Shown here in pieces: positions 1-13,470 of a stretch of 64,000 bases of DNA. The stretch lies in the NCBI GenBank assembly GCA_964270895.1, contig OZ185438.1. One strand, written 5' to 3'. Source of the stretch: Podarcis filfolensis. Taxonomy: Eukaryota. The notes beneath the pieces are model-generated. The model was not told where the DNA came from and ran no database searches. It saw nothing but the letters and a program-made list of their open reading frames with translations. The number at the start of each line of letters is the position of its first letter. Position 1 is the first letter of the stretch. The translations under genes were made by a program, and so were the position numbers.

Positions 1-155
1 AAACAGTTTTTCAGAAGCCGAACGTCCGACGCTGCTTCCGCTTGAGTGCAGGAAGCTCCTGCAGCCAATCGGAAGCCGTGCCTTGGTTTTCAAACCGTTT
101 CAGGAGTCAAATGGACTCCTGGTACAGATTAAGTCCGAGAACCAAGATACCACTG
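1..155. mobile_element. Right end of a non-autonomous Tc1/mariner-type MITE, cut by the window edge
   Basis: Ends in ...accaagataccactg followed by TA (156-157), matching the terminal repeat (cagtggtacct / aggtaccactg) of the complete MITEs at 2645 and 52330. CpG-rich interior. Confidence 0.75.
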
Positions 156-1796
156 TACCAGTAATCTGCCCATGCGGAAACACTGAGTTGGAAGGAACCT
201 CAAGGTCATTTAACCCAACTTTTGGCAGTGCAGGAAACCGTAAAGTTGGTGAGTCCAGGCAGGTGGCCCTTCAGTGAAAATGCATGAGGACTTAATTATC
301 TCATGAATGTTAATTGTGCCAAAGAGCAGCATGATCGTACCAATATAAAGATGGCTTGACTTTAAAAACACAACCAAAATCCAATGGCTATTTAAATAAA
401 AAGAAAAGCAAGCAAGCCAGGAGTTAAGTAAAGTGTCCAATTTCTTAAAACAGGGTTGCAATTGCTAGTCCTCCCCTGGGGGGGGGGGGCAATTAGTTAC
501 GCTTATTAGTGAGAAGTTTACTTAAAGTACTTGGTCCTTTTTTCTAGCCATGCTCAACCCCACCAAGAAATCATTTCACTTTGATCTTTGCCTATAGGTT
601 GTAGATAAAGCTGCTTATGGTTCAATAAGAATTTTACAGCTGCGGAGTTAGATCACAGGGTTTCCACTGGCTAGTCATTTTGGTAAAACTAGTGATGCTG
701 TGGGCAGTTTAAATCATTTTAGTGTCATTTGCCTTTTGACCTAGCTGTGTTCAGTATTCACGCCCTTACAAAATGAAACTGGCTTCTTAGCGTCAGACAA
801 CTATTGGCAAGTAGAGTCACTATGTCTATGTAAACAAGCCATAATTCAGAGGACACTTGGCAAAATCACAATGAAGACTGTGATCCACTAGACAATTGAG
901 CTGGTGTTCTTGCATTTAAACTAATGGGACTAAAAATCGGCTATAAGCTATGTGCACAGGGTTACATTTGTGAGTGTGGATCATGCTGTAAATAGAGTTG
1001 TCTTCCTGTATGATTCAAGAAGAAAACCAAACCAAAAGAAGGACTCAAACACAGATTGCTTAAGAGAATTTCAGGCAACAGAGAAGGTGCACTTAAGGGA
1101 ACAGCAGCTCATATTTCCTGGTCTCAGCACAGACGATACCCTTTACAGCTGCTGATGCTGCATTGGTAACAGTTATAGCTGAGCAGGCTGGACTATGGAA
1201 ACGTAGGAGGAAAATGTGCATATGGTTAGTTTTCCTATTTAAAGGAACTTTTTTTTTAAGCTATAGCAATCTCTGCTATATGAAGCAAATGATCCATTAA
1301 GTCCAGTGCATGATTAAATGTGGAATCCATAAATGAAGAACAGCAAAAACAAACAAACAAAATTTGTTATTCCATGTGGGAACGCATAGTCGTCATATGC
1401 AAAGTGATTGATCTGAAAAGTAACAACATTACCTTGACAGACCTTAATTCTAGAACAGTACTTTCAATTGATGACTGGAGCTAACAGCCAAACTCCTTTT
1501 TGCCTTGACTGAGAAGAGCCTGGCATTTGCAAGTGTTACTAAGCAACAGAAAGAACAAAGGATACATGATTCTACATAAAACTTTCTATTTAGTGAAGAT
1601 AAAATACTTGTTCTAATTGTATTACTCATGCATGTGTTTCTCTTTCCCCAAGTGAGAGAAATTGCCTTCACTATGCCTTTATATGTAAACTCACAAGCTA
1701 AAACTGGTAAACCAAGATGCCCTGCCTAGATTTTGATAAAATAGGCTATGAAACATAGCAATTTTTTAAAAAAACCAATGCTAAGTCATCCTATAG

Positions 1797-2158
1797 GCCA
1801 CGGGTGGCACTGTGGTCTAAACCACTGAGCCTAGGGCTTGCCAATTGGAAGGTTGGCGGTTCGAATCCCCGCAACGGGGTGAGCTCCCGTTGTTCGGTCC
1901 CAGCTCCTGCCCACCTAGCAGTTTGAAAGCATGTCAAGTGCAAGTAGATAAATAGGTACTGCTCTGGCGGGAAGGTAAACGGCGTTTCTGTGCGCTGCTC
2001 TGGTTTTGCCAGAAGCACCTTAGTCATGCTGGCCACATGACATGGAAGCTGTCTGTGGACAAATGCCGGATCCCTCAGGCTACAGAGTGAGATGAGCGCA
2101 CAACCCCAGTGTTGTCCGCAGCTGGACCTAACGGTCAGGGGTACCTTTACCTTTACCT
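1797..2158 (+). mobile_element. Full-length Sauria-type SINE (tRNA-derived head, BovB-partnered)
   Basis: tRNA-like head (ctgtggtctaaacc...ggttcgaatccc) and (ACCTTT)n tail. Perfect 15-bp TSD taagtcatcctatag at 1782-1796 and 2159-2173. Near-identical to the copy at 62337. Confidence 0.92.
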
Positions 2159-2644
2159 TAAGTCATCCTATAGTCTTAAAGTACTCTAATTCAATGGAGC
2201 ATGATATCAGACACCTAACCAGGGTGGATAAAAAAGAATTATAAATTAACCCTTTTTAATATTTTAATCTGAAAATGTAAATTTAAAAACCCAATTCATT
2301 CATAATAAGCATTTCTTTTAAAATAATCTGATTTAAAAAGAAACCCATATTTGATATAAATTAAAATCTTTATTTCTGTATTAAAACTGAATCATGACCA
2401 TGCAACTATTGGCAAATGGTTTTATAAGCAGCAATATGCATGAACCTTTTGCCCACTTACTGTGCCCTTCTCTTCCCTTTGTGGCATGCATCAATGAAAT
2501 ACAGAAATCTGTCTGAGGAAAGCTGGTGGAAAGAATTGTTCAAGATTTTTTTAAAAGGCCAAGTCTTCCTGAAGCAGAACCAGCAAATGCAATCCCTGCT
2601 TCACTAACCCACTAAAATTCTTTACAAGTGTCAGCAAGCATATA

Positions 2645-2868
2645 CAGTGGTACCTCGGGTTAAGAACTTAATTCATTCTGGAGGTCCGTTCTTAACCTGA
2701 AACTGTTCTTAACCTGAGGTACCACTTTAGCTAATGTGGTGTCCCGCTGCTGCTGCGCCACCGCCACATGATTTCTGTTCTCATCCTGAAGCAAAGTTAT
2801 TAACCCAAGGTACTATTTCTGGGTTAGGGTTACTATTTCTGAAGCATCTGTAACCCAAGGTACCACTA
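2645..2868. mobile_element. Tc1/mariner-type MITE inserted into the CR1
   Basis: TA-cagtggtacctc...aggtaccacta-TA: terminal inverted repeats with TA duplication (2643-2644 and 2869-2870). Same family as 52330-52555, in the opposite orientation. Confidence 0.9.
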
Positions 2869-2914
2869 TAGATGCAAGATGATCTGGTTGGCATTGTATA
2901 CTTGAACTTTAAAA

Positions 2915-3044
2915 GTGTGCATGCACACGAAAGCTCATACCAATAACAAACTTAGCTGGTCTCTAAGGTGCTACTGGAAGGAATTTTTTTATTTTTTATT
3001 TTGTTTCGACTACGGCAGACCAACATGGCTACCTACCTGTAACT
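2915..3044. mobile_element. Short Penelope-like repeat fragment inserted into the CR1
   Basis: aaagctcatacc...ggtctctaaggtgctactgg...ggctacctacctgtaact resembles a reptile Penelope-type terminal repeat (recalled, not searched). It interrupts CR1 between the YLDF-like and VPHQRL-like segments. Confidence 0.55.
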
Positions 3045-5989
3045 ACCTCACCAGAGTCATGAGTAAACTAAGCAGTCATGAGATAAGAAGAGAGGTCCTC
3101 TTGTGAATCAGGAACTGGTTATGTAATAGAAAGCAGAGGATGGGAGTAAAGGGACAGTTCTCCTAATGGACAGATGTAGAAAGTGAAGACACCCAAGGAT
3201 CAGTATTGGTGCGCTGTGTTTTTTAACTTGTTTATAAATTATCTGGAGCTAGGGGTGAGCAGTGACGAGGCCAAGTTTGCTCAGGGTCATTAAAACAAAG
3301 AGATTGTGAAGAGCTCCAAAAGGACCTCTCCAAACTGAGTGAATGGGCAGTAAAATGCCAGATGATACACTTTCTTCACATATATGCTCATGGGGTCTGA
3401 ACTGGTGATAACTGACCAGGATCAAGACCTTGATGTCATAGTGGATAGCTGAAATAATATGCCGACCTAATGTGTGGGAGCTGTGAGAAAGGCAAATGAT
3501 CCGTGCTAGGGATAATTTGGAAAGGAGTTGAAAATAAAACTGCCAATATCATAGTGCCATTACACTAAGCTACAGTGTGACAGCATTTGGAATACTTTTT
3601 TAGAGTTTTGGTAGCCTCACTTCAAAAGGGATATTGTAGAGTTGGAAAGGGTTCAGAAAAGGGCAAAGGGAATAATTAAGGAGCAATTCCTCTGTGAGGA
3701 AAGGTTGCAGCATTTGGAACTTTTGGGGTTCAGAGAAAAGGTGAGTAAAAGGTGACGTGATAGAAGTGTATAAAATTGTGCATAACACTAGAACTCATTG
3801 ACGTCCAATGAAGCTGAACGTCAGAGGATTCAGGATGAGCAAAATAAAGGACTTCTTCATGCAATGCATAATTAAACTATGGAATTGGCTCCACAGTGAT
3901 TGCCACAAACTTGGGTGGCTTTAAAAGAATTAGTCTTTGGATCCATGAATTCATCTATCAATGGCTATGCTCTGCCTTTACAGTTGGAGGCAGCATGCTT
4001 CTGAATACCAGTTGCTGAAAACTACAGGAGAGAGAGAGTGCTCTTGCGCTTTGGTCCTGTGTGCAGGTTGCTTGTAAGCATTTGGTTGCCTACTATGAGA
4101 ACAGGATACTGGACTAGATGGGCCATTGGCCTGCACTGTATTCAATAGTGACAAGCCGGTTGCCCTAGAAACACCACCAGCAGGGCACGACAGTGTGTTG
4201 TGTATAATAAATTAAGTGGTGACTTCCCATCACCCAGGAATCTCTTTGCCACTGGCTGACAAAACCTATCACCCGAAGAACAATTAGCAGTAGCAACTCT
4301 TATAGCATTCTCCTTGACAAACTCAAGCAGCATGATTTAAAGACAATTCAGGAACCTGAACCGCATGCCAACAATGGATATTTCAACACCATTTGTGCAA
4401 CTGAAATGTGGTGGGGAAGTGAAACTGCTGAGGGAGGTGACTAATTGCTAACAGTAGCACTGACATGAGTTTATGTAGTGTTCATCACTATGAATGGGGC
4501 AAAGTAGGGTTGCTGGACAGTAGCTGCTCCCAAGGGCCCATGATCACCAACCCTCTCTAATTCTCAGCTGTTAGTCTAATTGTCTTTGCTCTATGGCAAA
4601 CCATACGGCAAGCCATAGAACCAAAGCAGGGTTCTAGATCTGCTAAATACACCAATCTCCAGAACATTGGTAGGAGGATTGCAGCTAGGGAAGCTTCTGT
4701 TGGAAAGTAGCTACTACAGAAAGCAATGTAGTAGCCTTTCTTCACTGATTTTGGGCACTTTGCAACAGTGAAGGGTGGTTGCAGGAATGTTACACATGGC
4801 TACAGTATAATGCAAAATTTAGGGATGGAGAGATTTGTTCAGTTCATATGTTAATCAATACACAGACTGAAACACAACCCTCCTTCAAATCCTGTGCTTC
4901 TCTGAATTTTGCAATGCAGTTTTCCAATAACAAAATGCACAAATAATAACTACCTAAATATGTTTACACCTAGGTTCTATCAATATGGTCTGCTGAGATG
5001 GCATGCTGCATGGCTTCCACCCAGGTAACTACTGCAAGATTTTGTGCTTGGCCAATTGAGAATGTTTTGCTGTCATGTTGCATATTCATTATTCTTTTAT
5101 TAACAGGCTGCTATGAATATGAGGCATATGAAGTTATGTGATGGTAAGTCAATTCTGTGGCATGTTAGATGCCACTCTGCAATCTCTCTGAGATTACCCA
5201 AGTTTCACCACCCCTACCATGATCATCTGGGTGATTATATAGCATAACTGCACAGCATCATCAAACTATTGTGTCTATCATCAGCCTAACAACAATTCAT
5301 GTTTCTGTGACTGTTTGCCCTCCACACTTCTTGAGATCCCCACTTGGAACACATTTGTGGCTCACAGAATCAAGCTATTGCTTGTCATATAATCGTGGAT
5401 TTTTAGCTTACACTTTCTGAAGGGCAAGAAGCAAAATGTCAAAACAGAAATCCACTACACACAATGATATACTGTTAGAATATAGGTCTTGGGAACACAG
5501 TGGAGCACAAGAGTTTTATATTGATTCTGAAATTTGATTCCAAGAGCAGACCTACACATTCATAAGAATCATGAGGTACAGCCCTAGACAGACTGCACCA
5601 CTTCAGAATGCAGGTGGGGGAAACGACTTTACTGAGTATTTCTCCATGCAAAAGACTCCCTTTCTTAAGAAATGTAGCCTTGCATTCTAACTTTGCCTCC
5701 TTGCTGATGCATTAGTTCTGATGCAGAAAAGCATTGAGTTATGAAGCTGTTCCACTTGCACTCTAAAGCAATAAAAGAAATCATGGAAGACTGTGTTATA
5801 ACAGTGTCCTACATGTGTAGAGTTAAAGGGCATTTTGATATGTTCTTAGTATAAAAAAACTGATCTCACTGGACTAAGTATGTTAAATGCCCCTTTATAG
5901 TTTGCTCTTCTTTTTATCCAGAAAATGTAACAACACTAACTCAAAAAAATTATCTTTTAAAATACACTACATAGCTTGAAACGTTCAAT

Positions 5990-7094
5990 TTATTCTTCAA
6001 AAGAGAAAGTTACTAAGATTAAAAGAACACCAATGAATGAAAGAAAGGCTTTAAACCATTTCACAGGAGAAGTAATCGCAACATGACATTTTTCACATAC
6101 AACTCAACTTTATTTCACAATGAAAAATAGGCAGAAGGATGCAGAATGAAGGTGTCAGGTACAAATTTGCTTTGCAATTTCCAAGCAGCCTGAAACCCAG
6201 CAGACAATGTAGCTGTTGATTAACAAACACAGAATTCTACATTGTATGCCAGGTTCAGGCCCCAAGACTGGCTGCTCTTCTTTGATATGTTACTAAATCA
6301 ATACTAAAATTGATGGTGCCCATCCAAATAGCATATGAAGGGGATCAGTGAACTACTACTAAAAATAGTGGAGATCACTATGCTCACAATCCAGTCTACT
6401 GTGGTTTCCCATTCAATGCCCCCCAGCTTTCCTTTAACAGAGCCCTGCTGGAAACCCCCAGAAGCTGCTGTGCACAGGCACAAATGTCACATTTTAGCAA
6501 GTGTGCCCAATATAAGTGTGAGCCAGATTACATTATTACATGTCTCAAACAAATATACATTCTGCTTCTGAACTGAATAAAAAGAACACAGTTGCAAAGT
6601 CTTATCGAAGTTCATTTGGGGAAACATATTGTTACAAAGAATTCCTGCTTGACTGTATGAGATCTGAACAACAGACTGCGATTATTGTTAGAGACAGCAG
6701 CTGGTTGCTGTGCATTTTGCCTAGAATTAGCTACTGTTTATTGTAAATCGTGATCATTTCTATAATAAAATTATAGGCCTCTACATGAAAGGCCTCCTTA
6801 AATCCAATCAGAAACATAAAAGCCTTTCACTGGAAAGTGGGATCATTTTATTGAAAATCATTTCTAGACATAGCTCTGGACATTACTGAATAATTTTATT
6901 TTGTATCATGGAAAAGTAACAGCAGTTCACGGTATCCAAATAGTCATCAGTGAGGAGATGCCACAAGATGTCTTCAGAGACCCAGTAGCCAGATGTAGCT
7001 GCTGACTGAGAAAACAGAATCTACACTGACTACTGAGCGACTGATGAGCAACTAAAATTTCTGGACCAACAGCACCTCCACCATTACGCCAAAC
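5990..7094 (-). other. Candidate exon with a strong acceptor; 3' end uncertain (terminal exon or long UTR exon)
   Basis: Minus-strand acceptor ttccttcttattctttttccacag|GTTTGGCG at 7095/7094. No ORF of 60 aa or more follows on minus. Several minus-strand AATAAA downstream (plus tttatt at 6895-6900, 6847-6852, 6737-6742). No good donor seen; start coordinate is arbitrary. Confidence 0.45.
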
Positions 7095-7430
7095 CTGTGG
7101 AAAAAGAATAAGAAGGAATTATCTAGATTTTGTATCTTTGTAAAAGAAACAAAAACTAAACACAAACCTCAAACCCACCACTCCACACGTTTTTAAAGAA
7201 TTACACATTCCCTCACACTCAGGCATTGCAATAAGGCTTGCTAAGTTAGGTAACTTTGACTAGATCCTTTAGGAAGCACATTTGGATGTCTTAACATCTC
7301 CTCCATATAAGGAAATCCATAACACGTCATAGTAAGAAATAGTTCTTATACCAAATTATCATGTTTCAGTGATGTATAGAAAGGAAATGTCATCCAAAAC
7401 CCACCAGCCAGATATATATATAACTGTTAC

Positions 7431-7485
7431 CTGTTTCGCAAGATACAAATCCTAGTACTCGTTCTTACAATTGTTCAAGGGTAAT
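7431..7485 (-). other. Candidate 55-nt non-coding exon
   Basis: Donor CAG|GTAACA at 7431/7430. First AG after a long pyrimidine-rich AG-free stretch gives GAG|ATTACC at 7486/7485 (an uncommon acceptor). Stops in all three frames; a 336-nt intron would join it to the 7094 acceptor. Confidence 0.4.
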
Positions 7486-8391
7486 CTCAACATGGCACCA
7501 TATTAGACCAAAATATCAATATAATATAAACAAGGCAGTGGAAAGGGAAGGGGTGAAAGAGGGGCAAGTACTTTAAGATTAAGGTACATTTCTTTTTAAA
7601 CAAACCGCTCATTGAATATATTGCATAGTAATCAATTGCGTACACATCACCTGAAGTAATTTCCAAGCACTTGCTAAGGCAGATCGTACTTAGTTTTTAA
7701 AAGATATTCAATAAAGTTCTGCAATTTAGCACTTGCAATTACTTGTGTTGTAGAAAGCTTTCAAAATCAGTAATAATTTTAAGAGATTAGAAATATTATC
7801 TATATCCTATAATCTAACCTACGATTATTCACCCAAGGGGATTCCCTACACAAACTAACAAATTCTAATCTTCCAGATTTCTTTCCTATCATTTGCTGCT
7901 TCCACATTTTCAGATTCACAAATATAAGACTGAATGTGGCAGTATTTGTTTTTATAATGGATGTTGCTACTGTTCTAACTTTTAGCAACTGATGAACCAG
8001 CTAAATTAAAAACAAGACAACTAAAGAGTGGATACTCATTCTCTGTTTCATTCACTGGTTTAAGATGGGGAGTTTTGCAAGTGCCTAAGTTTGACTGGAT
8101 TGTGCCCATAATGTGTTTGTTCTGAAACCCTTAATGTCTAATCTCTGCGTAAGAGGAACCTACCAACAACTAGTCCAGCAGCTTGTCCTCACAATGGCTT
8201 TACAATGCTTTGGGTCTACATTATAATTTGCACTGGTCAGATTTGAGGAGTTACTTGGTGAAGCTAGTCAGATTCACTAAGTAGTTACTTAGCAAAGCTA
8301 TAGCCATAGGGTAATGCATTTTGTTGAACCAATAAGAGCATCCAATGGAATAAAAAATAGGTCAGCAAATAAAATTATTTTAAGAGACACT

Positions 8392-8392
<1 letters not shown>

Positions 8393-8422
<30 letters not shown>
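8393..8422. repeat. (CA)15 microsatellite
   Basis: Read directly. Confidence 0.95.
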
Positions 8423-8425
<3 letters not shown>

Positions 8426-9389
8426 ACTCGTTTTCCTGTATATAAGTCTCCACTGTAATAAATGAACATGGCTGTGTGCCTGGTCAGGCCTAACAGAGCA
8501 AGTGTTTAAGATTCACTACATCATGATACACAAAATCCTCAAACCTGGCTAAATAGTTGAGATTCAAGCAAATATTTCCTGCTGCTATTCTAACAAGAGC
8601 TGAAAAACACTATTCAAAGTCGGAGAACATGTGCATAGCTTAAATGAGGGGGGGAATCAAATCCAGAGCACCCCTTGATAGGCTCCTTTTTAAGCTAATA
8701 AGATGTCTAATTAACAAACAGAAGAAGGAGACTGTACCCAAGAGAAGGTCAAATAAATATTAAGCAAAATACAACATCATTATTGTGCAACAACACAAAG
8801 GCAGCTGACTCAAGGGCTTGTGAGTCATATCCCAACACACTCAGGCCTGTTCTAGCCTGAATCAAAGCACAAGTTTGCCTGGTATGATTTAACGTTCTTA
8901 AAACTGATCAATCAAATGTACATTAGACTGATGCACACATTAGGTGTTTTTTTTTAATAAATCTGGGGTGGTGGTGGAAACAATTAAAATGTATGAATTA
9001 TGTACACACACATAAAGAAAAACAGGGAGAACACAGTTTCCTGCTTGAACTGCCTTAAGTAAATACAGCAAACAGACACACTTAAACTTTGGAATTAAAA
9101 TTTAAGTTCATTTGGAAGGGCAATCTGCTGCAATTAATTGTAATTATGATGGCTCCAAAAACTACTTTACAGTACTGGCTTCTTGAATGAATAAAACTGT
9201 TGCACCCGAAGCGTCTGCCAACCCACCAGATTCCTACCACTTCTCACTGCCAGCTCTCTATGCAACCCTATTGTATGAGCAAAGCTCCCCCCCCCAAACT
9301 ATGAAGTGGACAAGCCACTGCTTGTATATGAGCTGTACTTATATACTTTGGACCTCTAGCAAAGCTTGCGATCACTTTGAATGGCAAAC

Positions 9390-9570
9390 ACCTTAGAAGT
9401 CTTACAGAACTTCACATACATTACAACAACCCTGTGAAGCAGGTCACTTAATGCCCGTATATTATATAGACTGGGACCAGAGGCAAAAATAACAGTGAGC
9501 TCAAGGGCAGTTAGTGAGTTTGTGGCTGGGGTAACATTTGAAATGGGAACCTCTCAGCTCACATCTGGAG
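9390..9570 (-). mobile_element. Degraded MIR/CORE-type SINE
   Basis: acaacaaccctgtgaagcagg and a reverse CORE/tRNA-like segment. Highly diverged; boundaries approximate. Confidence 0.45.
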
Positions 9571-12394
9571 CTAAATGTGGCATTGAGCAAGTGATAATTA
9601 AGTCACCCATTTTTTAAGAAAGTAAGTTGAACAGCATCCAGGGGAACTACAGTGCTGGGTGGATGGGGGACATTTATTCCCCACCGGTTCTCAAGCTGCT
9701 ATTTGTCCCAAGGGCACCTGTATGTTTTGCCACATAATCTCCCCTAGGAAGAAATGATTAGCACCCCCATTACCCTCTAGTCCCAACTAGATATGACCCT
9801 GGTTATTACTGCACTCCCAGTATTATATCTAGCTGTGCCCTTAGCCACTACCTTACACGAGCTTTCATTACGTAGGTCAGCTAAGCAAGAGTATACGGTT
9901 GCCACCTGCCAGATTTCAAACAAGCTGCCACCCAGATTTTATTTGTAATTCAGCCTCAAGTGTGTGAAGCAAAGGGTAAATATTAGGTTTTGCAAACATT
10001 AAAAAGGTATATATACAAATAAACTGTGGCTTTTTTCTCTTCCCTGAAAGAGAGCTGGATTCACAATGTACCAGAGATATGCTAAAGGCAAGAAATGTAT
10101 CAAATCTCTGAGATTCTGCCCACCTCTCTATTCTTTGTTTATTCGTCATCTTGGCTTCAGTAATGATTTTATTGTTGTAAGGAAGAAGGTAATGTTGACG
10201 GGGGAGCTTATAAATGGAAGGCTGCAACATCCACAGTGGCCAGTAAACCCTGGGATCCTGCTGCCGACTGGGGACATGGAGGTTTCTCCCTTCCTACGCC
10301 AGGTATTGCAGCTACGTGCTTACCCTGCAGCTGAGGGAGGGGGACATGAACCCACCCACTCTTGGCTTTCAGTGTGCACAGCCAGGCACATGTGCAAACT
10401 CCACACCTTGTTCCTCTACATGCACTTGGCAAGAGTAAGGGTATGTTACTTAGATGAAGCACACATGAAGCATTAACTCCTTTTATACTTGCATTATGCA
10501 ATATTTAGGAAATTTTGTTTCTTAGTTCAGGAATTCAGCTAAACAGATTACTGTGTGGAAAATGCACAACACAACACTCATCTAGACCAGTAGGAGGGTG
10601 CAGATCGCATGAATCATAGATGTAGCTTCCCCCCCCTCCAAAACAAGACGACATTTTTGTACAACTTTGTGTTATCACAGATGTGAGCTACCAGTTGAAA
10701 CCTGGGTGCCTAATTAAAGCACATTCTTGCAAACTTGATTTGCTACTGTTACATACTGAACTAAGAGCCTGCATACCTTAAGAAAGGATCTATGATTTTT
10801 GTAATGATTCCAGCTCTTGAATACCTGAAACCCTGTGACTGTATTGGTCATACACACTCCTAACAGCTGATGGTCACTTGACTCACACTAATTAATAAAG
10901 TGCTCCATAAAATAAGTTTCAGATTGAACTAAATGTAGCCAGGGAAATTCCTGTCCAAGGCACTTTTAATCACTCTGCCAGATAATACTAGTATGAGCAG
11001 GCCTGAAGAGGTGGGTGGCTGGCACAACGCTCTAGAGCGAGTTCCCAAAGGCAAAACCACTGGCATGCCCATAAAGACAGACTCAAACTAGTTTTAATTG
11101 CTGATAAACGTAATTAAGTAGCTAGCTTTATCCTTGGTTATCAATAGGAGGTTCCCTGGAGGTTTGTAAACGATACTTGCAAGCAAGCTTGACAAAATAT
11201 TTCAGATTCCTTAGGCACCAACATAAAAATTTTAGGAATTAACTTTACAGAGAACTCAACATGGCATCAAATTCCTGGGCATCAGGTATCTGGGCTTCTT
11301 CCAACTCCACTACAGATCACAAATACGTCAAGACCGTGCAGCATGCTACTTTTTTCTGTTGATGAAAACTCATTTTGTCTGGCAGTAGTGGACAAACAGC
11401 AGCAGCCTTAACCAATATGACCTATTACATCAGTTGAACACTGTAAATACAATATATAATATATAGATGTGGTACAACATGCTGTGGCTCACCACTGCCC
11501 ACCCCCAATATATCCAATATCCTGAAAATCCATGGGCCACAGTCTAGGGAAAGACAAAACTTTCTGTCTCAACGTATTTCCATTTTCTATTAATATATGT
11601 GTGACATTGCTGCTTTAATGCTAGATATCAGCACTACATTTATAAGGCTCTCTAAGAGCCAGGTATGTTGCTGTGAGAGCTGCAGAAAAGATGAAGGCGG
11701 CAAATTTGGATACTTATTTTTCCAACGCATCCTTGCAGCTCATTGGCTATGGGTGGCTGAAAATATATAAAGCATGTACCAGAAGCAGCTGCTTGCCTAG
11801 TTTGGAAAGTATGCATTAGACTGTAAGAGCTCGAGGCACTGAGCATTTCTGAAAGATGACCAATTTCATAAAAATCACCCTACATCTTATGAGTCCATTC
11901 CATAGACAAGATTTTCAAGACTTCAGTACCACAGCCTATCAGGTAAGATATAATTTCATAATATTTATATACTGCTTGATTGTAGAACAAAAAAAAAGCA
12001 CAAAGCTGTTTACAAAAAAATGGCTTACATCCCAAGTCTCTCCATAGCTCTTCTGCACATTGTATTTCTGCTGAAAATGCAAGAAACAGAAGGTGCTCAT
12101 ATGCCCTGTTCCTCCATTCTCCTCCAGGCTGTAATGTATGCAGCCAACCTTAATCAGAATGGACATTTGTGTGAACTGTCCCCACTATAGGTGCCAACTT
12201 CTAGGGACCAAGGTCCCTTCACCCCCCCCCCCCAAGTTGAGGGGCATTGCCATTCCAATGGTATGCATATGCTGTGTCTTGTGCTTATGCGGGATGGGGC
12301 TATCCAAGTTGGTACCCCTGCTCCCCACATCTGGGACACAGGTATCTTCTCTTGGAGTAGGTGTGCAACTTTCTGTGTTATATGGTAAAGAAGC

Positions 12395-12427
12395 AGAGAG
12401 AGAGAGGGAGGGAGGGAGAGAGAGAGA
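12395..12427. repeat. Perfect 33-nt homopurine mirror repeat
   Basis: agagagagaga-ggg-a-ggg-a-ggg-agagagagaga, followed by a G-run to 12436. Confidence 0.9.
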
Positions 12428-13309
12428 GGGGGGGGGCAAGTCATTCATCATTTTACTACTGCTCCTCCACCCAGAGTACATTGCTAACATGCAAAGATAA
12501 GCCAAGTAAGGGCATTATATGCTTTATCCTCTGAAACTATGGGTTCATTTAAAACTCTGTGAGCTGAATAGATAGGAATGTCACTGAGGAACTTAATCTA
12601 GTATTCTGCCAAAAAAAAAAAAATCTTGCTTTTTAAGCTGGTGAAAGCTTCTTGATAGACGAGAGAAAGGTGCTGACTCCAGAAAAGATTACAACAGTAA
12701 ATAAAACATAGTAAATAAAACAGGAGTGATGACATAAAGGTGTGGTCCAGTGTGAGAACATGGTTGAGCAGCAGTAACTCCAAATCGCAATTGCCAATGA
12801 CTTTGTGAGCCCCAGGCAACCCTTTAACATCTCTGCCAAACTTACCAACCAGGGTAACGTTTCCTTCACAGGATCTTAGAGTCACATCAAGATTCCTTGT
12901 GGGAGAGGAGCTAACATTCCCACAGATTTATCCAATACTTGCAATTGATGGGTAGCTTGAAAAGGTTAAGCAACCAACCACAATCCTCCTAGAAGCCATC
13001 TCAGAGTCAGGCTCATTCCAAGATGCACCCAGTTTAATAACATTAGCAAGCACAGTAATTTATCATTACAACAGATCAGGGAGTACTTTGAGAATTCCTA
13101 AAGCATCTTGTGAGTACAGTCCACTTCTCACTTCTAAAAACTTGAGAAATTTCCTTGGGATGCTCCTTAGCTTTCAGTTTACTGTAAGCTAAATTTCCCC
13201 CCTTGCAGAATTTGGCAGACATGGTATCATCAAAAACTCCACTTCCCTACCCTCCTCTTAAACCTCACCTGCCTTTTTCCCGTTAGCATTCTGCTTCCTG
13301 GGTTCAGAA

Positions 13310-13470
13310 TAATAGTAATATAATAATTTATTACTTATACCCCACTCATCTGACTGGGTTGCCCCAGCCGCTCTGGGTAGTTTCCAACATAACACAGCAA
13401 ACATCATACATTAAAAAAACTTTCTGATATAGGACAGCCTTCAGATGTCTTTGGAAAGTTGTGTAATAGT
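13310..13470 (-). mobile_element. 3' end of an L2/CR1-clade LINE
   Basis: Starts with an (AAT)-like tail, then ccccactcatctgactgggttgccccagccgctctggg...gccttcagatgtc, a common lacertid LINE 3' end (recalled). Confidence 0.6.

Larger units (their letters stand above)
2515..4133 (+). mobile_element. Degraded CR1 LINE (RT C-terminal half and 3' UTR), interrupted by two insertions
   Basis: Decayed CR1 RT motifs (KSCLTNLLEFF-, VDIVYLDF-, KVPHQRL- and KFADD-like) recognisable across frameshifts. Ends in a CR1-type 3' UTR (...ggactagatgggccattggcctg). Boundaries approximate. Confidence 0.8.

Noticed and set aside
1800-1875. tRNA-like A/B boxes here and at 42620 and 62340
   Set aside because: These are SINE heads followed by SINE body and tail, not tRNA genes.
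2460-2530. Apparent minus-strand exon (ttctttccaccag ... ACA|GTAAGT)
   Set aside because: The acceptor lies in the antisense of the degraded CR1, so it is probably a chance or cryptic site.
10066-10501. Overlapping ORFs of 97-136 aa on both strands
   Set aside because: No homology recognised; overlapping ORFs in a locally GC-richer patch are expected by chance.
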